Assembly: GCA_947085455.1 (NCBI GenBank) | Contig: CAMTWR010000043.1 | Span: forward strand, 71,569-103,568 | Length of the DNA: 32,000 bases | Direction of reading: 5' to 3' | Source of the DNA: an uncultured Planctomycetota bacterium | Lineage (GTDB): Bacteria; Planctomycetota; Planctomycetia; Planctomycetales; Planctomycetaceae | Shown here: piece by piece, positions 1-8,832 of the stretch | Layout of the letters: each line of letters begins with the position of its first letter | How positions within the stretch are numbered: position 1 is the first letter of the stretch | The notes under the pieces: model-generated | What the model was told of the DNA's origin: nothing | Databases searched by the model: none | Seen by the model: only the letters and a program-made list of their open reading frames with translations | Position numbers and translations under genes: made by a program

Positions 1-80
1 AAACGGCTTCAAATTGGGACGTAGATTGACACGTTTCCCCGATGAGGCAAGTCAGGCATCATTCAAAAACATTGCATTCA

Positions 81-102
81 CGCATCGACTTTTCTCGATG
101 CG
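81..102 (-). terminator. Stem-loop downstream of the GNAT gene
   Basis: Perfect 8-bp stem cgcatcga/tcgatgcg with a 6-nt loop, about 50 nt past the minus-strand stop at 154. A T-run (gttttt) follows a few nt later on the minus strand. Confidence 0.45.
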
Positions 103-153
103 ACTATCAGCCACCAAATTACAGCGAGCGTTACGGAACCGAATGCTGACGCT

Positions 154-672
154 TTAAAGAACCTTGAGGTAGATCACCTTGGAGTCTCCCTCGCCGTAAA
201 ATTCTGGCAGTTCTGCGACCGGACTGTAACCACAGCGATCGTAGAAATGTCGTGTCGGCAGATAGTCGGGGCGTCCAGAAGTTTCGACGTAAATCCGACG
301 CCCATTTTGATGGCGGATCAAGTCTTCCGTCAGGGTCATCAGCCACTTGCCGAGTCCATGTTTCTGCTCGTCAGAGTGTACGGCGATCCAATAAATATCG
401 AAACTGTTGGCGGTGCACGGTATGGGGCCATAGCAAACGTAGGCTACAACTTTACCGGCTCGTTCCGCGAAGGCAAAAAAGTAACCCGACGCATCGCCTC
501 GTCGCACACGCTCTTCGACAAGTTCCGTGGCCACGTCAATTTCAGACGCGTGAAAAAAACCAGTCGATTCCACAATCTCGCGGACTCGTCCAATATCAGT
601 CTCCGTCACTTCGTAACGAAGCGTCACCGTGATGCCGTTTAGTGTCACACAATCAGGATTGAAAATATGCAT
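154..672 (-). CDS. GNAT family N-acetyltransferase (172 aa)
   Basis: The ORF 154..912 contains the acetyl-CoA motif A (EQKHGLGKWLM), and its C-terminal 172 aa have typical GNAT length and layout. The first 80 codons are Arg/Pro-rich junk, so the start was moved to the internal ATG at 672 (MHIFNP...). Confidence 0.75.
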   Translation of the reverse strand: MHIFNPDCVTLNGITVTLRYEVTETDIGRVREIVESTGFFHASEIDVATELVEERVRRGDASGYFFAFAERAGKVVAYVCYGPIPCTANSFDIYWIAVHSDEQKHGLGKWLMTLTEDLIRHQNGRRIYVETSGRPDYLPTRHFYDRCGYSPVAELPEFYGEGDSKVIYLKVL

Positions 673-873
673 CTTCGAAAGCTTTACCGGTACGGGACGG
701 CAATAAATGGCTGCCACTGAGAAGTTTAGCGTTCGTCGGTGCGTCCGCCCGGTTCGCGGCCGGCGATTTCTGGACAACGGACAAACTGCGTCGTGGCGTT
801 CTGAATTCATCGCGGCCAGCATGAAATTCGCCACAAGAACCAATGACTGCGGAAAAATCCATCGCGCAGAGAA

Positions 874-900
874 AGAGCCCGGCGGATTAAGCCGGGCTCT
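874..900 (-). terminator. Perfect 10-bp hairpin downstream of the Cys-rich repeat gene
   Basis: agagcccggc (874-883) and gccgggctct (891-900) pair perfectly around a 7-nt loop, 37 nt after the minus-strand stop at 937. Confidence 0.6.
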
Positions 901-936
901 GAAGAACTTCACTGGAGCTTCTACAAGCGTACGAGA

Positions 937-2244
937 CTAAAACCCGGCTGGATCAGCAACTGGGGCGATTGGCTTGCCGGCTTCAACGGACACCCCACCG
1001 CAGTTACCAGATGCACAGCCGCTTGCAACTCCAGGAGTCCCCGGAGCACATGTGGAGGTGCAGCAGACAGTTTCCGGCACAAGCACGCAACGTGTGTAGG
1101 GAACCTGCTTCATTACCTGCCGAGCGACCATGCGAGTACATGTTGTCTGAACTTCGCGAGGTACCGTTTTGCAGACTCGTCGAGTCGTCGTGTAAGGAAC
1201 CTGACGTGAGACGCAATATGGTACTTTGCGTGAGCAGGTTTCACTGACCATTTTGCAAACGGAGTAAGGGATTTCGCGAGTTCGCTGTTCCGCTACCATC
1301 TTGCAGACCTGATAAGGAATCTGCTGTGTCTTCGTTTCACATTCCATCCGGCAGGTTCGATAGGGAACCTTCTGAACGATCTCTTTGGCAACCATGCGAG
1401 TCACCTGAACTGGAACTGTCTTCACGACAACTTCCGGCACGTAACGGGTCACCTGAACCGGGCATGCCTGACGTACCACCTGCGGCACCATGACAGTGTA
1501 GGGCACCTGTTGCTGAACAACTTGCGGGCACCAGACTCGGCGGCAGACCTGACGAGGAGGGCATTGAGTCATGCAGATCTGAGGACCGCATGGACCACAA
1601 ACCATGCGAGGAACTTTAGGACCTGGAATGCACTGCGTTTGAGTGACCCACTGACCGACATTTCTCTGCACGCAACGTGTCCGAGTTTCCGGACGCATGA
1701 CCGTGTAACAACGCTCCTGCTGAATCGTCTCAGTCACGCACTTCATGACGGTCTGACGACATTCCTGCTGAATGGTTTCACACACCGGCTGCTGTATCGT
1801 GTACCGACACTCTCGCACATGGTCTTCCCAGACAGGACGCTGCACGGTGTAGTTTCGAGTCTGATAAAGCGTCTCGACAACGGGTCGCTGCACACAGTAG
1901 GTTTCCTGACGCACGGCGGTTTCCGTAACCGGACGATTGACCGTATAAGCTTCTTCCCGGTAAGCAGTTTCTGTCACCGTGCGGTAACAGGTCTCCTGCA
2001 GGTCCTCAAACGTGTTCTCATAAACCGTTCGACTCGAGGTGTACTCCTGAGGCTCGTAAACGGTTTCGCACACTGTGCGATAACACGTTTCGGTGGCAAC
2101 TCGACACGTCGTGTAACACGACGCCGGTGCACAGGCTGCTGTCGGGCAGCAGTTGTAGGACGGAACACCACACAAACCCGCTTGTGTGACTCCAGGAACT
2201 GACAACACAGCGGCAATGGCCGCCAGAACGTCTCGCATCCGCAT
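937..2244 (-). CDS. Secreted Cys-rich repeat protein, YTV-type repeats (435 aa)
   Basis: Starts at MRMRDVLAAIAAVLSVPGVTQAG, which is signal-peptide-like, with GGAG 10 nt upstream. The body is dozens of short degenerate repeats (CYRTVxET, YTVxRPV, VPYxxC) with about 40 Cys. This resembles the YTV repeat proteins described from Rhodopirellula. Confidence 0.7.
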   Translation of the reverse strand: MRMRDVLAAIAAVLSVPGVTQAGLCGVPSYNCCPTAACAPASCYTTCRVATETCYRTVCETVYEPQEYTSSRTVYENTFEDLQETCYRTVTETAYREEAYTVNRPVTETAVRQETYCVQRPVVETLYQTRNYTVQRPVWEDHVRECRYTIQQPVCETIQQECRQTVMKCVTETIQQERCYTVMRPETRTRCVQRNVGQWVTQTQCIPGPKVPRMVCGPCGPQICMTQCPPRQVCRRVWCPQVVQQQVPYTVMVPQVVRQACPVQVTRYVPEVVVKTVPVQVTRMVAKEIVQKVPYRTCRMECETKTQQIPYQVCKMVAEQRTREIPYSVCKMVSETCSRKVPYCVSRQVPYTTTRRVCKTVPREVQTTCTRMVARQVMKQVPYTRCVLVPETVCCTSTCAPGTPGVASGCASGNCGGVSVEAGKPIAPVADPAGF

Positions 2245-2403
2245 GATTCTCACTCCGATATCATCCGAAAGCCGCGCATCCGTTCGCTGACTTCTCCGTT
2301 TGTTTGAATATGGCAATTGCCGCATCAGTCACAGGTTACTCAAGCCGGAATTCAGGACTCAAAGACAATCCCTGTCTAAAGCCTTTTTTCTTCTTCAAAT
2401 ACA

Positions 2404-2664
2404 GACGAAATGTCCGGCTAGCTAAAAGATCTTATCCGCAGCAGACCACAAAGCTGAGGTAATTTGGGACGTTTGCAAGAAACCCACGATGCAAGAAATC
2501 GACAGCTCAGAGCAAACCGTACGTCTCGAAAGTCCGGCAGTGGGTACATGCTGCCCAGTGTACTCCGGAGCATAGAGAAGCCTTTGCACCGGACCGAAGG
2601 AAACCCTGCGAATGCTGTTCCTCTGGCAAGAATTTTTGCCGGCCTTCTTTATGCGTCACAGAAC
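2404..2664 (+). ncRNA. RNase P RNA-like region (divergent rnpB or a relic); boundaries uncertain
   Basis: Exact matches to E. coli M1 RNA blocks occur in the correct order: AGGTAA (2457-2462), GAAACCCACGA (2479-2489), ACAG..AGAGCAAACCG (2509-2519), ACTCC..GGAGCA (2562-2572) and ACAGAAC (2658-2664). Against this, the CR-I-like GACGAAATGTCCGGC (2404-2418) carries an extra T, the P12/P13 region seems absent, and I could not build a convincing P4 helix. Confidence 0.35.
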
Positions 2665-3032
2665 GAGGGAGCTCGCGACGATTGGCCGCATCTTCCAACC
2701 TTGTTGACCTGTAAGGAATCCCGGGGATTCGAGTGTGACCCCATTGCGCGCTGGTTGCCTTTCAACATCGCTCGCCAACGCAAGTGCGAAACGAGCCCCG
2801 CCGACGCACGACAACAAATCCAGAAGGCGGGGCGTGTTGCTTTCCGGCTACGTGTTTCCGCTCGTTCTTTTCGAAATTCGGCGTCATACGAGACGTTTTG
2901 TCCTATGAGTTTAAGAACTGATCGATTCACCTCCGGATTTTGATCCGCACACAATGCTTTTTACAATCCTTCGGCTGCACTGGCATCGTACCACGGATGT
3001 GTTGCAGCTCTTTTCACAGCGCTGACACTGTT

Positions 3033-4580
3033 ATGCTGCAACCTCATCCAGATCGTACAGCGGCGCTGTTTATTCTGCGCGGTGAGGATGGAAAGTTCGT
3101 CGCCAGAGGCAATCTGACGGCCAAATTTGGATATCGATTCACCGGCCCTGACATCAACAAAGGCGACGGCGTCTGGGCCCAATGGAAATGGACAGGATCG
3201 GAACTGGTTGTTGAGAACGACCGCTTCGGGTTTCTGCCCGTTTACTATTGCCTGCTTCCCACGGGGATGGGTGTAAGCACTTCGATCATGGACCTGCTTC
3301 AAGCGGGCGCTGATGAAACACTCAATGATGAAGCAGTGGCCGTCTTTTTGCGGCTCGGCTATTACGTCGGCAATGACACTCCTTTTCGTGCCATTCACCT
3401 GCTGCCGCCAGGCAGCGAACTGAAATGGAGTGAAAACGGTCTGCGTCTGCGTTCGACAGCTCCACAGATTTCAACGAGTGTTTCACAACTCAGTCGTCAG
3501 CAGGCCGTCAATGAATACGGCCAGCGGTTTCAGGAAGTTGTGGAGTCGATGCTGCCTGAAGCGTCAGACAAGATGTGTGTGCCTCTTTCCGCAGGACGCG
3601 ATTCGCGACACATTCTCTATGCACTTGTTCGGGCCGGTCGATTGCCGCAAATGGTGGTGACAGCAATGTCCGCTCCGCCAAGACCGTGCACTGACGCCCA
3701 GATCGCATCTGAGATCACAGCGGCTCTTGGTTTGCCGCATACTGTTCTCAGCCAATCGCAGGACCGCTTTGCAGATGAACTGGAAAAAGACTTCCTGACC
3801 AGTTTTTGCGCCGACGAACATTCACAGATGGTGCCCGTGGCGAAATGGCTGGACCGTGAACAATTCTCCGTCTCGTGGGACGGCATCGCGGGCGACATCT
3901 TCTCTTGCGGCGTATACAACGACAGCGGCATGCTGGATCAATTTCGAAACAGGCAACTGACTCAACTTTCCTCCGCACTGCTTGCGGACGATGGCTACCT
4001 GTCGGCGTATCTGACTCCGGATTATCGCGAACGTTGGAATCGGGAACTGGCTGTCAACAGATTGTCGAGGGAGCTTGAACAATACGCCGATCTGCCCAAT
4101 CCCGCCGCGCCTTTCTTCTTCTATAACAGAGTCCGGCGAGAACTGGCTTTGTGTCCGTTTGGAATGCTCAATCGTCAGACACACATTCTGGCTCCGTATC
4201 TCAGTCACAGTATTTTTGATCTGCTGATTAATCTGCCATTTGAATATTTTCGCGGGCGACTGTTCCATAGCGAAGCCATTGATCAGTTTTACCCTGAACT
4301 CCCACGGGTCGAATACATTTCCAGCCCGACTGGCTTCGTGCCTGAGAAGCGTTCACGAATCTGGAAGTTTGCAGGAAGGCTTGGATCGATGGCTCTGTCC
4401 GGTAAGGCATCGACTTCGTGCATTCGCAGAAGCTTTCTGATGCCTCGCCTCGCCAAGGCCATACTGAACCGAAACTTTGGAACAGAAGTCCCCGTGTTGT
4501 TCTCGAGACTTCTGGTAATGCTGCACCTCGAACAAACGCTGGCAGGACGGCTGTATTCAGGTATTCACGGAACCGCGTGA
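3033..4580 (+). CDS. Asparagine synthase (AsnB)-like PP-loop protein lacking the N-terminal Cys nucleophile
   Basis: The PP-loop variant is VPLSAGRDSRHIL (canonical SGGxDS). The N-domain end is AsnB-like (FGFLPVYY...TPFRAIHLLPPGSEL). The start was set at ATG 3033 (MLQPHPD), although the ORF is open from 2940. There is no Cys2. Confidence 0.65.
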   Translation: MLQPHPDRTAALFILRGEDGKFVARGNLTAKFGYRFTGPDINKGDGVWAQWKWTGSELVVENDRFGFLPVYYCLLPTGMGVSTSIMDLLQAGADETLNDEAVAVFLRLGYYVGNDTPFRAIHLLPPGSELKWSENGLRLRSTAPQISTSVSQLSRQQAVNEYGQRFQEVVESMLPEASDKMCVPLSAGRDSRHILYALVRAGRLPQMVVTAMSAPPRPCTDAQIASEITAALGLPHTVLSQSQDRFADELEKDFLTSFCADEHSQMVPVAKWLDREQFSVSWDGIAGDIFSCGVYNDSGMLDQFRNRQLTQLSSALLADDGYLSAYLTPDYRERWNRELAVNRLSRELEQYADLPNPAAPFFFYNRVRRELALCPFGMLNRQTHILAPYLSHSIFDLLINLPFEYFRGRLFHSEAIDQFYPELPRVEYISSPTGFVPEKRSRIWKFAGRLGSMALSGKASTSCIRRSFLMPRLAKAILNRNFGTEVPVLFSRLLVMLHLEQTLAGRLYSGIHGTA

Positions 4581-4607
4581 GAAAACCCGATCAATTTCAC
4601 TCTTCGT

Positions 4608-5645
4608 TTGTTGAACACGATGGCTGATACTTTTCAGCATCCAATCTTCTTCAGTCTTTCGGCCAATTCGAACATGCCTTCGACACGATTACATTCTGCG
4701 GCACGTCCTTTAAATGCGGATCTGCAGACTCACAAACGGCCCGTGGTTTCCGTCATCCTGCCCGTATTCAACGGTGAAGTTTTCATTCAGGCGGCGATTG
4801 AATCGGTCTTCGCGCAGACGTTTAAGAACTTCGAACTGATCGTTGTGGATGACGGATCCACAGATTGCACAATGGCCATTCTGGAATGCTACGGAGATCG
4901 TCTTAAGATTATTCGCCAGCAAAATGCCGGGCATGCGTCCGCAAGAAATGCGGCGGCTCGAAAAGCCAACGGTATCTGGATAGCGATGATCGATGCCGAT
5001 GATGTCTGGCATCCGGAGAAGCTACAGCAACAACTGGATCTGACGACTCTGGCAGACGTTGTTTATACCGGTGCTCACAACTTTGAAGATGCCGTTCGCG
5101 TCGATGATGCCACTTTCTTAAACGGGCAATGTCCGTCGGGAGATGTCTTCGACCATCTGATGCTTGATAACTTCATCACGCATTCCAGCATCCTGATGCG
5201 AAGAGACAAATTTTTCGCCGCCGGGGGTTACGACGAAACTCTTCGAACGACTTGCGACTGGGATCTGTGGCTGCGCATGTCAGCTTCCGGCTGCCAGTTT
5301 CATGGAATTGCCGCGCCCCTGACGCATTATCGCTGGCGGAACAATTCGAATTCGCGGAACCATGCGAGAACATGCTCGGACCGATTGCAGGTTCTGCAGC
5401 GAGCGTTGCAACATCCGCGGGCGACTAAAACATCTGTCCTTCTGCGACAGAAAGCGATGGCTCGCGTCTGGCAAACTTCGGCGTGGTTCGTTGCCGAAAA
5501 TGACGACCGCCAGGCTCTGCGATGGTATCTGCGGTCAGTCTGCTACCGACCGTACAGCATTCGCGGATGGAAAGAAGTCACCCGTTGCTGCCTTCATCTG
5601 TGCGGCATCAGCCGCAAGCGACTTCATTCTTTGCTCAGCCACTGA
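4608..5645 (+). CDS. Family 2 glycosyltransferase
   Basis: Contains the classic GT-A N-terminal signature VSVILPVFNGEVFIQAAIESVFAQTFKNFELIVVDDGSTD and IDADD (DxD). The exact start is uncertain, with several Met in the first 25 codons. Confidence 0.85.
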   Translation: MLNTMADTFQHPIFFSLSANSNMPSTRLHSAARPLNADLQTHKRPVVSVILPVFNGEVFIQAAIESVFAQTFKNFELIVVDDGSTDCTMAILECYGDRLKIIRQQNAGHASARNAAARKANGIWIAMIDADDVWHPEKLQQQLDLTTLADVVYTGAHNFEDAVRVDDATFLNGQCPSGDVFDHLMLDNFITHSSILMRRDKFFAAGGYDETLRTTCDWDLWLRMSASGCQFHGIAAPLTHYRWRNNSNSRNHARTCSDRLQVLQRALQHPRATKTSVLLRQKAMARVWQTSAWFVAENDDRQALRWYLRSVCYRPYSIRGWKEVTRCCLHLCGISRKRLHSLLSH

Positions 5646-5689
5646 TCACGAATTCCGAAAACTGCACTTCGTGAAGCCCAGCAAAGAAG

Positions 5690-5733
5690 TTTTGAAGTCG
5701 CGAGTTTGTGACTATCCGAACCCGAAGCGTCAG
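5690..5733. repeat. 44-nt intergenic repeat, copy A
   Basis: ttttgaagtcgcgagtttgtgactatccgaacccgaagcgtcag is 38/44 identical to 14259-14302. It starts 45 nt after the stop of a plus-strand gene. Confidence 0.8.
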
Positions 5734-5777
5734 TTTTAAAGTTGCGCATCTGCCGGATGCGAACAGGAAAAGGAAAG

Positions 5778-5815
5778 CGGGCGAGTCATCGTTGCGGGTG
5801 TCGATGACTCGCCCG
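5778..5815. terminator. Strong hairpin between convergent genes
   Basis: A 14-bp stem (cgggcgagtcatcg / cgatgactcgcccg) with a 10-nt loop lies between the GT2 stop (5645) and the peptidase-like stop (5925). The T-rich flank is on the minus-strand side (ctttccttttcc). Confidence 0.65.
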
Positions 5816-5924
5816 TTGGGAACGCAGGCGAAAGCAGCAGGTCGAAAGAAGGGAGGAGGAACCATCCTTCGCTGGAGTTTGGTGATCACAGATTGTGATC
5901 AGAGTAACTCCCCTGTGCATGAAG

Positions 5925-7307
5925 TCAGAACGACTTCTTCTGCCCTGGAAATCCGGCCCACTGAGGAGTGCTGCCGGTTTTCGCTGTTCGCTCCCGAGGG
6001 AGGTCTTCACCGCCGAACTGAAACGATTCCGAATTTCTATTTCGCAAATCGTTTCTGCCGGAAGAATCAGCTGTTGTCAGAGCCGTCGGCTCCAGCCCAC
6101 TTGCATTGAACTGCGAAGATGTTCGCAGCGGAGCGTCTTCGGTATTGGCATCAGGGCTCAAAACACTGTCAAAGAAACTCTCCGCAGAGTCCTGAGCGTC
6201 TTCCGCTTTCCCTGACTCCGACACATTTTTCGCAGTATCAGATTTTTTCGGGGCAGGGGCCTCGATCGTGGCGTGGCGACGTCCCTTTGCACTTGGTGCC
6301 GCAGCGACTCCCGACTTTCCTGAGGATGGCCGTGGCTCGACTGACGCGTTCTTCTGATTCGCAGAGGCAGTCTCTTTCGAACCTTCAGGCTCAGGACTTT
6401 GCGAACGAATCACAGGAGCCGGAGTGCGGCGGCGTTTGGGCGGAGTTGCTGGAACCAATACTGTTTTCATCTCCGGACGAGCCGCAGCCTGAGAATCCGG
6501 CTCAGCTTCGCTCTCGTTGGCAGCCAGCATCTGCTCGCGAGGCAGGGTCAGCTTTGGCATACCGGCCAGCACCCAGCCGCGCCAGTTTTTCTCCAAAGAC
6601 TCTATTCCCTCATGATCGAAATTTTTCCGAATGGCCTCTTCCCAGCCGCCGCGTTCGCCATCGGCAATAAACTTCAGATACGCGTGGCGGCCCTTCTGCT
6701 GAACAAGAAAGTCGGCGAGTGCGTAGCCTTCGGCATACAGTGTCAGCATTGGCCGCTGACCTTTGGGATACTCTTTCATGGACAACAGGTCTCGCAACGA
6801 AATCATTTCGTCCCGATTGCGAATGACTTCGTTCAGCAACGCCAGTTGTTTGAGTTGCTCCGAGCGATGTTCAAACAAAGTAGCTGCCCCTTCGTCTGCC
6901 CAGCGAGGAAGGGGGCGACGGAAATGACAGGCAAAAATCGTATGGTTGATTTCGTGAGGTAACACGGAGTCAAGAATTCTCTCGAGCGTGCCCTGAACTT
7001 CCATTCGCCAGTTCAGCACTTCTCCGCGGACGAACTGAAATGTCGTCTGACCACCGGCTCCCAATGCGCCTTCGCTGACCGTAACTCGGCACGGTCGACT
7101 CCAGTTGGGCAGAGGCTTGCCGGTCCAAAAGACAGCAAGTTGGCGACGATACACTTCCGCCGCTTTTCCGACCTGCTCGGCCACGTCCTGACGTGCCGCA
7201 GTCACAGAAAAGTTCACTGTTTGATATGTCGCAGCGTTGGCCTGACCAGCAGTCAGCAGCACAATCAGCAGCGTCAATCTTCGCAATCTCAGAGCGTCCA
7301 TGCTCAT
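5925..7307 (-). CDS. Secreted peptidase-MA-like metallohydrolase-fold protein with a long disordered C-terminal tail
   Basis: Signal peptide MSMDALRLRRLTLLIVLLTAGQANA. HEINH (HExxH) is followed by PRWADEGAA, giving the HExxH...EG layout of the Peptidase_MA_2 type. The last roughly 200 aa are S/A/P/E-rich and low complexity. Confidence 0.65.
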   Translation of the reverse strand: MSMDALRLRRLTLLIVLLTAGQANAATYQTVNFSVTAARQDVAEQVGKAAEVYRRQLAVFWTGKPLPNWSRPCRVTVSEGALGAGGQTTFQFVRGEVLNWRMEVQGTLERILDSVLPHEINHTIFACHFRRPLPRWADEGAATLFEHRSEQLKQLALLNEVIRNRDEMISLRDLLSMKEYPKGQRPMLTLYAEGYALADFLVQQKGRHAYLKFIADGERGGWEEAIRKNFDHEGIESLEKNWRGWVLAGMPKLTLPREQMLAANESEAEPDSQAAARPEMKTVLVPATPPKRRRTPAPVIRSQSPEPEGSKETASANQKNASVEPRPSSGKSGVAAAPSAKGRRHATIEAPAPKKSDTAKNVSESGKAEDAQDSAESFFDSVLSPDANTEDAPLRTSSQFNASGLEPTALTTADSSGRNDLRNRNSESFQFGGEDLPRERTAKTGSTPQWAGFPGQKKSF

Positions 7308-7914
7308 CCCGTGCGTGTCTTGAAGTTCAGTTTAATTAAGCAGCGAATCCATTCGCGGCTCGGGGTCGTCTTGAGTTGTGTTCGGCAGCAAATGCCGAAC
7401 CGCCTCACAGAAATGTCAAATTAATCTCGAACAAAAACTGTCTCAAACGCTTTGGCTCAAAGCACTTGCAACATTTTTTTTGCGGTCGGCATCCACCGTC
7501 GTCCCTCCGTGGGAACTCCGGCAGATTCTGCAGATGTTACAACGAGTGTCAGTTTTACATCCAGAGCAATTCCCCCGGCACTTTTTGCACTCCGCACGTA
7601 AAACTGCCCGCAGATAACTCTCCAAATAAAACTGCCAGGTCGGCCGGGCCTGCTCATTCTTCTGTGATGTCCTCTTTCGGCATCATGCAACGCTGACAAA
7701 CTGTTCCATTCTATGTTCGATTCAGGACGTCGTACGCTATGCTTCGATCCTGACAACCGAATAAATTTCGCACGGATATCTTCCCGCGATGAACGACCGG
7801 CCTCTGGCTTGGCGTAACGACACCACACCGAGCGGAGATGAAAGTCGGACGTCTTACCAATAAGGCAATTCGGTTCACTCATTTCGATTTTGCGGCACAG
7901 AGAGACAGCAGCTC

Positions 7915-8754
7915 ATGAGGATTCGTAAAGCCGTCATCACAGCAGCCGGTGACTATCATGCCCGCCTGCCCCTGCAGACTTTGGTTGATCGAAAGGGTGA
8001 TGTCCGATCAGCATTGCGAATGACACTGGATGAAATTGTGGATTCGGGGATTGATGAAATTGCGATCATCATTCGTCCGGGCCAACAGGATCCCTATCTG
8101 ACAGCGGCAGGACCCCACGCTTCGCGGCTCACGTTTTTTGAACAGGCCGATCCACGCGGATACGGCGACGCAATCCTTCGAGCCCGCTCCTTCCTTGAGA
8201 ACGAGTCATTTCTACATCTGGTTTCCGACCACTTGTATCTCAGCAAAACGGAACGCCTGTGCGCTCAGCAGCTGATCGACGCTGCATCGGCAAACGGCTG
8301 TTCTGTCTCAGCCATCCAGCCCACTCGTGAAAACGAAGTGATCTTTTTTGGGACCGTGGGAGGAACTCCGGTTTCTCGGTCCGACAACTTGTACGAAGTG
8401 AGTACTGTCATTGAAAAGCCGACTCCGACCGTCGCCGAACAGCGGCTGATCGTGGCAGGCCAGCGCGCCGGCTATTACCTGTGTCTGTTCGGAATGCATG
8501 TGCTGACACCGACTGTCCTCACTTTGCTGCAGCAGAATCTTGACAGCACACCGGCCGGTCAGAACATTGACCTAAGCAGTTCACTCAACCAGCTGGCGCA
8601 AACCGAACGTTATCTGGCTCTGGAAATCGACGGCGCCCGATACAACATCAGCTACAAGTATGGCCTGCTGATGGCTCAGCTTGCGTTCTCCCTCAGCGGC
8701 GTGGATCGCGATCTGGTCCTGAGTGAACTTGTGACTTTGCTGGCGACCAGGTAA
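7915..8754 (+). CDS. GalU-like sugar-1-phosphate nucleotidyltransferase with a degenerate G-x-G-T-R loop
   Basis: The N-terminus RKAVITAAGDYHARLPLQT aligns to KAVIPAAGLGTRFLPATK of UTP-glucose-1-P uridylyltransferases. The C-terminal GARYNISYKYGLLMAQLAF resembles the GalU RYDxGxKxGY segment. Confidence 0.65.
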   Translation: MRIRKAVITAAGDYHARLPLQTLVDRKGDVRSALRMTLDEIVDSGIDEIAIIIRPGQQDPYLTAAGPHASRLTFFEQADPRGYGDAILRARSFLENESFLHLVSDHLYLSKTERLCAQQLIDAASANGCSVSAIQPTRENEVIFFGTVGGTPVSRSDNLYEVSTVIEKPTPTVAEQRLIVAGQRAGYYLCLFGMHVLTPTVLTLLQQNLDSTPAGQNIDLSSSLNQLAQTERYLALEIDGARYNISYKYGLLMAQLAFSLSGVDRDLVLSELVTLLATR

Positions 8755-8832
8755 CAGCTTCGAATCTCGAAACACGTTTTGGGATTCTCGTGCGGAATCC
8801 ACTTTGCGACTACAGCTCCCTGCTGAGGCATC

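Noticed and set aside
673-912. 80-codon N-terminal extension of the GNAT ORF
   Set aside because: The extension is Arg/Pro-rich and overlaps the terminator hairpin of the upstream gene. The GNAT fold is complete from the internal ATG at 672.
1510-2202. 230-aa plus-strand ORF
   Set aside because: It is antisense to the Cys-rich repeat gene, and its openness is a by-product of the repetitive codon pattern on the other strand.
2464-2943. 159-aa plus-strand ORF in the gap upstream of the AsnB-like gene
   Set aside because: It is Arg-rich with a non-protein-like composition and no motifs or SD. It overlaps the RNase P RNA-like sequence blocks, which explain the region better.
6119-6962. Two overlapping plus-strand ORFs (183 and 187 aa)
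   Set aside because: They are antisense to the peptidase-MA-like gene, whose HExxH/EG core and signal peptide support the minus-strand reading.
7457-7882. 141-aa minus-strand ORF in the 608-bp divergent gap between the peptidase-like and GalU-like genes
   Set aside because: It has no SD, an Arg/Ser-rich composition and no recognisable domain. I also looked in 7308-7914 for tmRNA, SRP, 6S or RNase P signatures and found none. The 8-bp hairpin gttcggca/tgccgaac at 7380-7400 is noted but not assignable.
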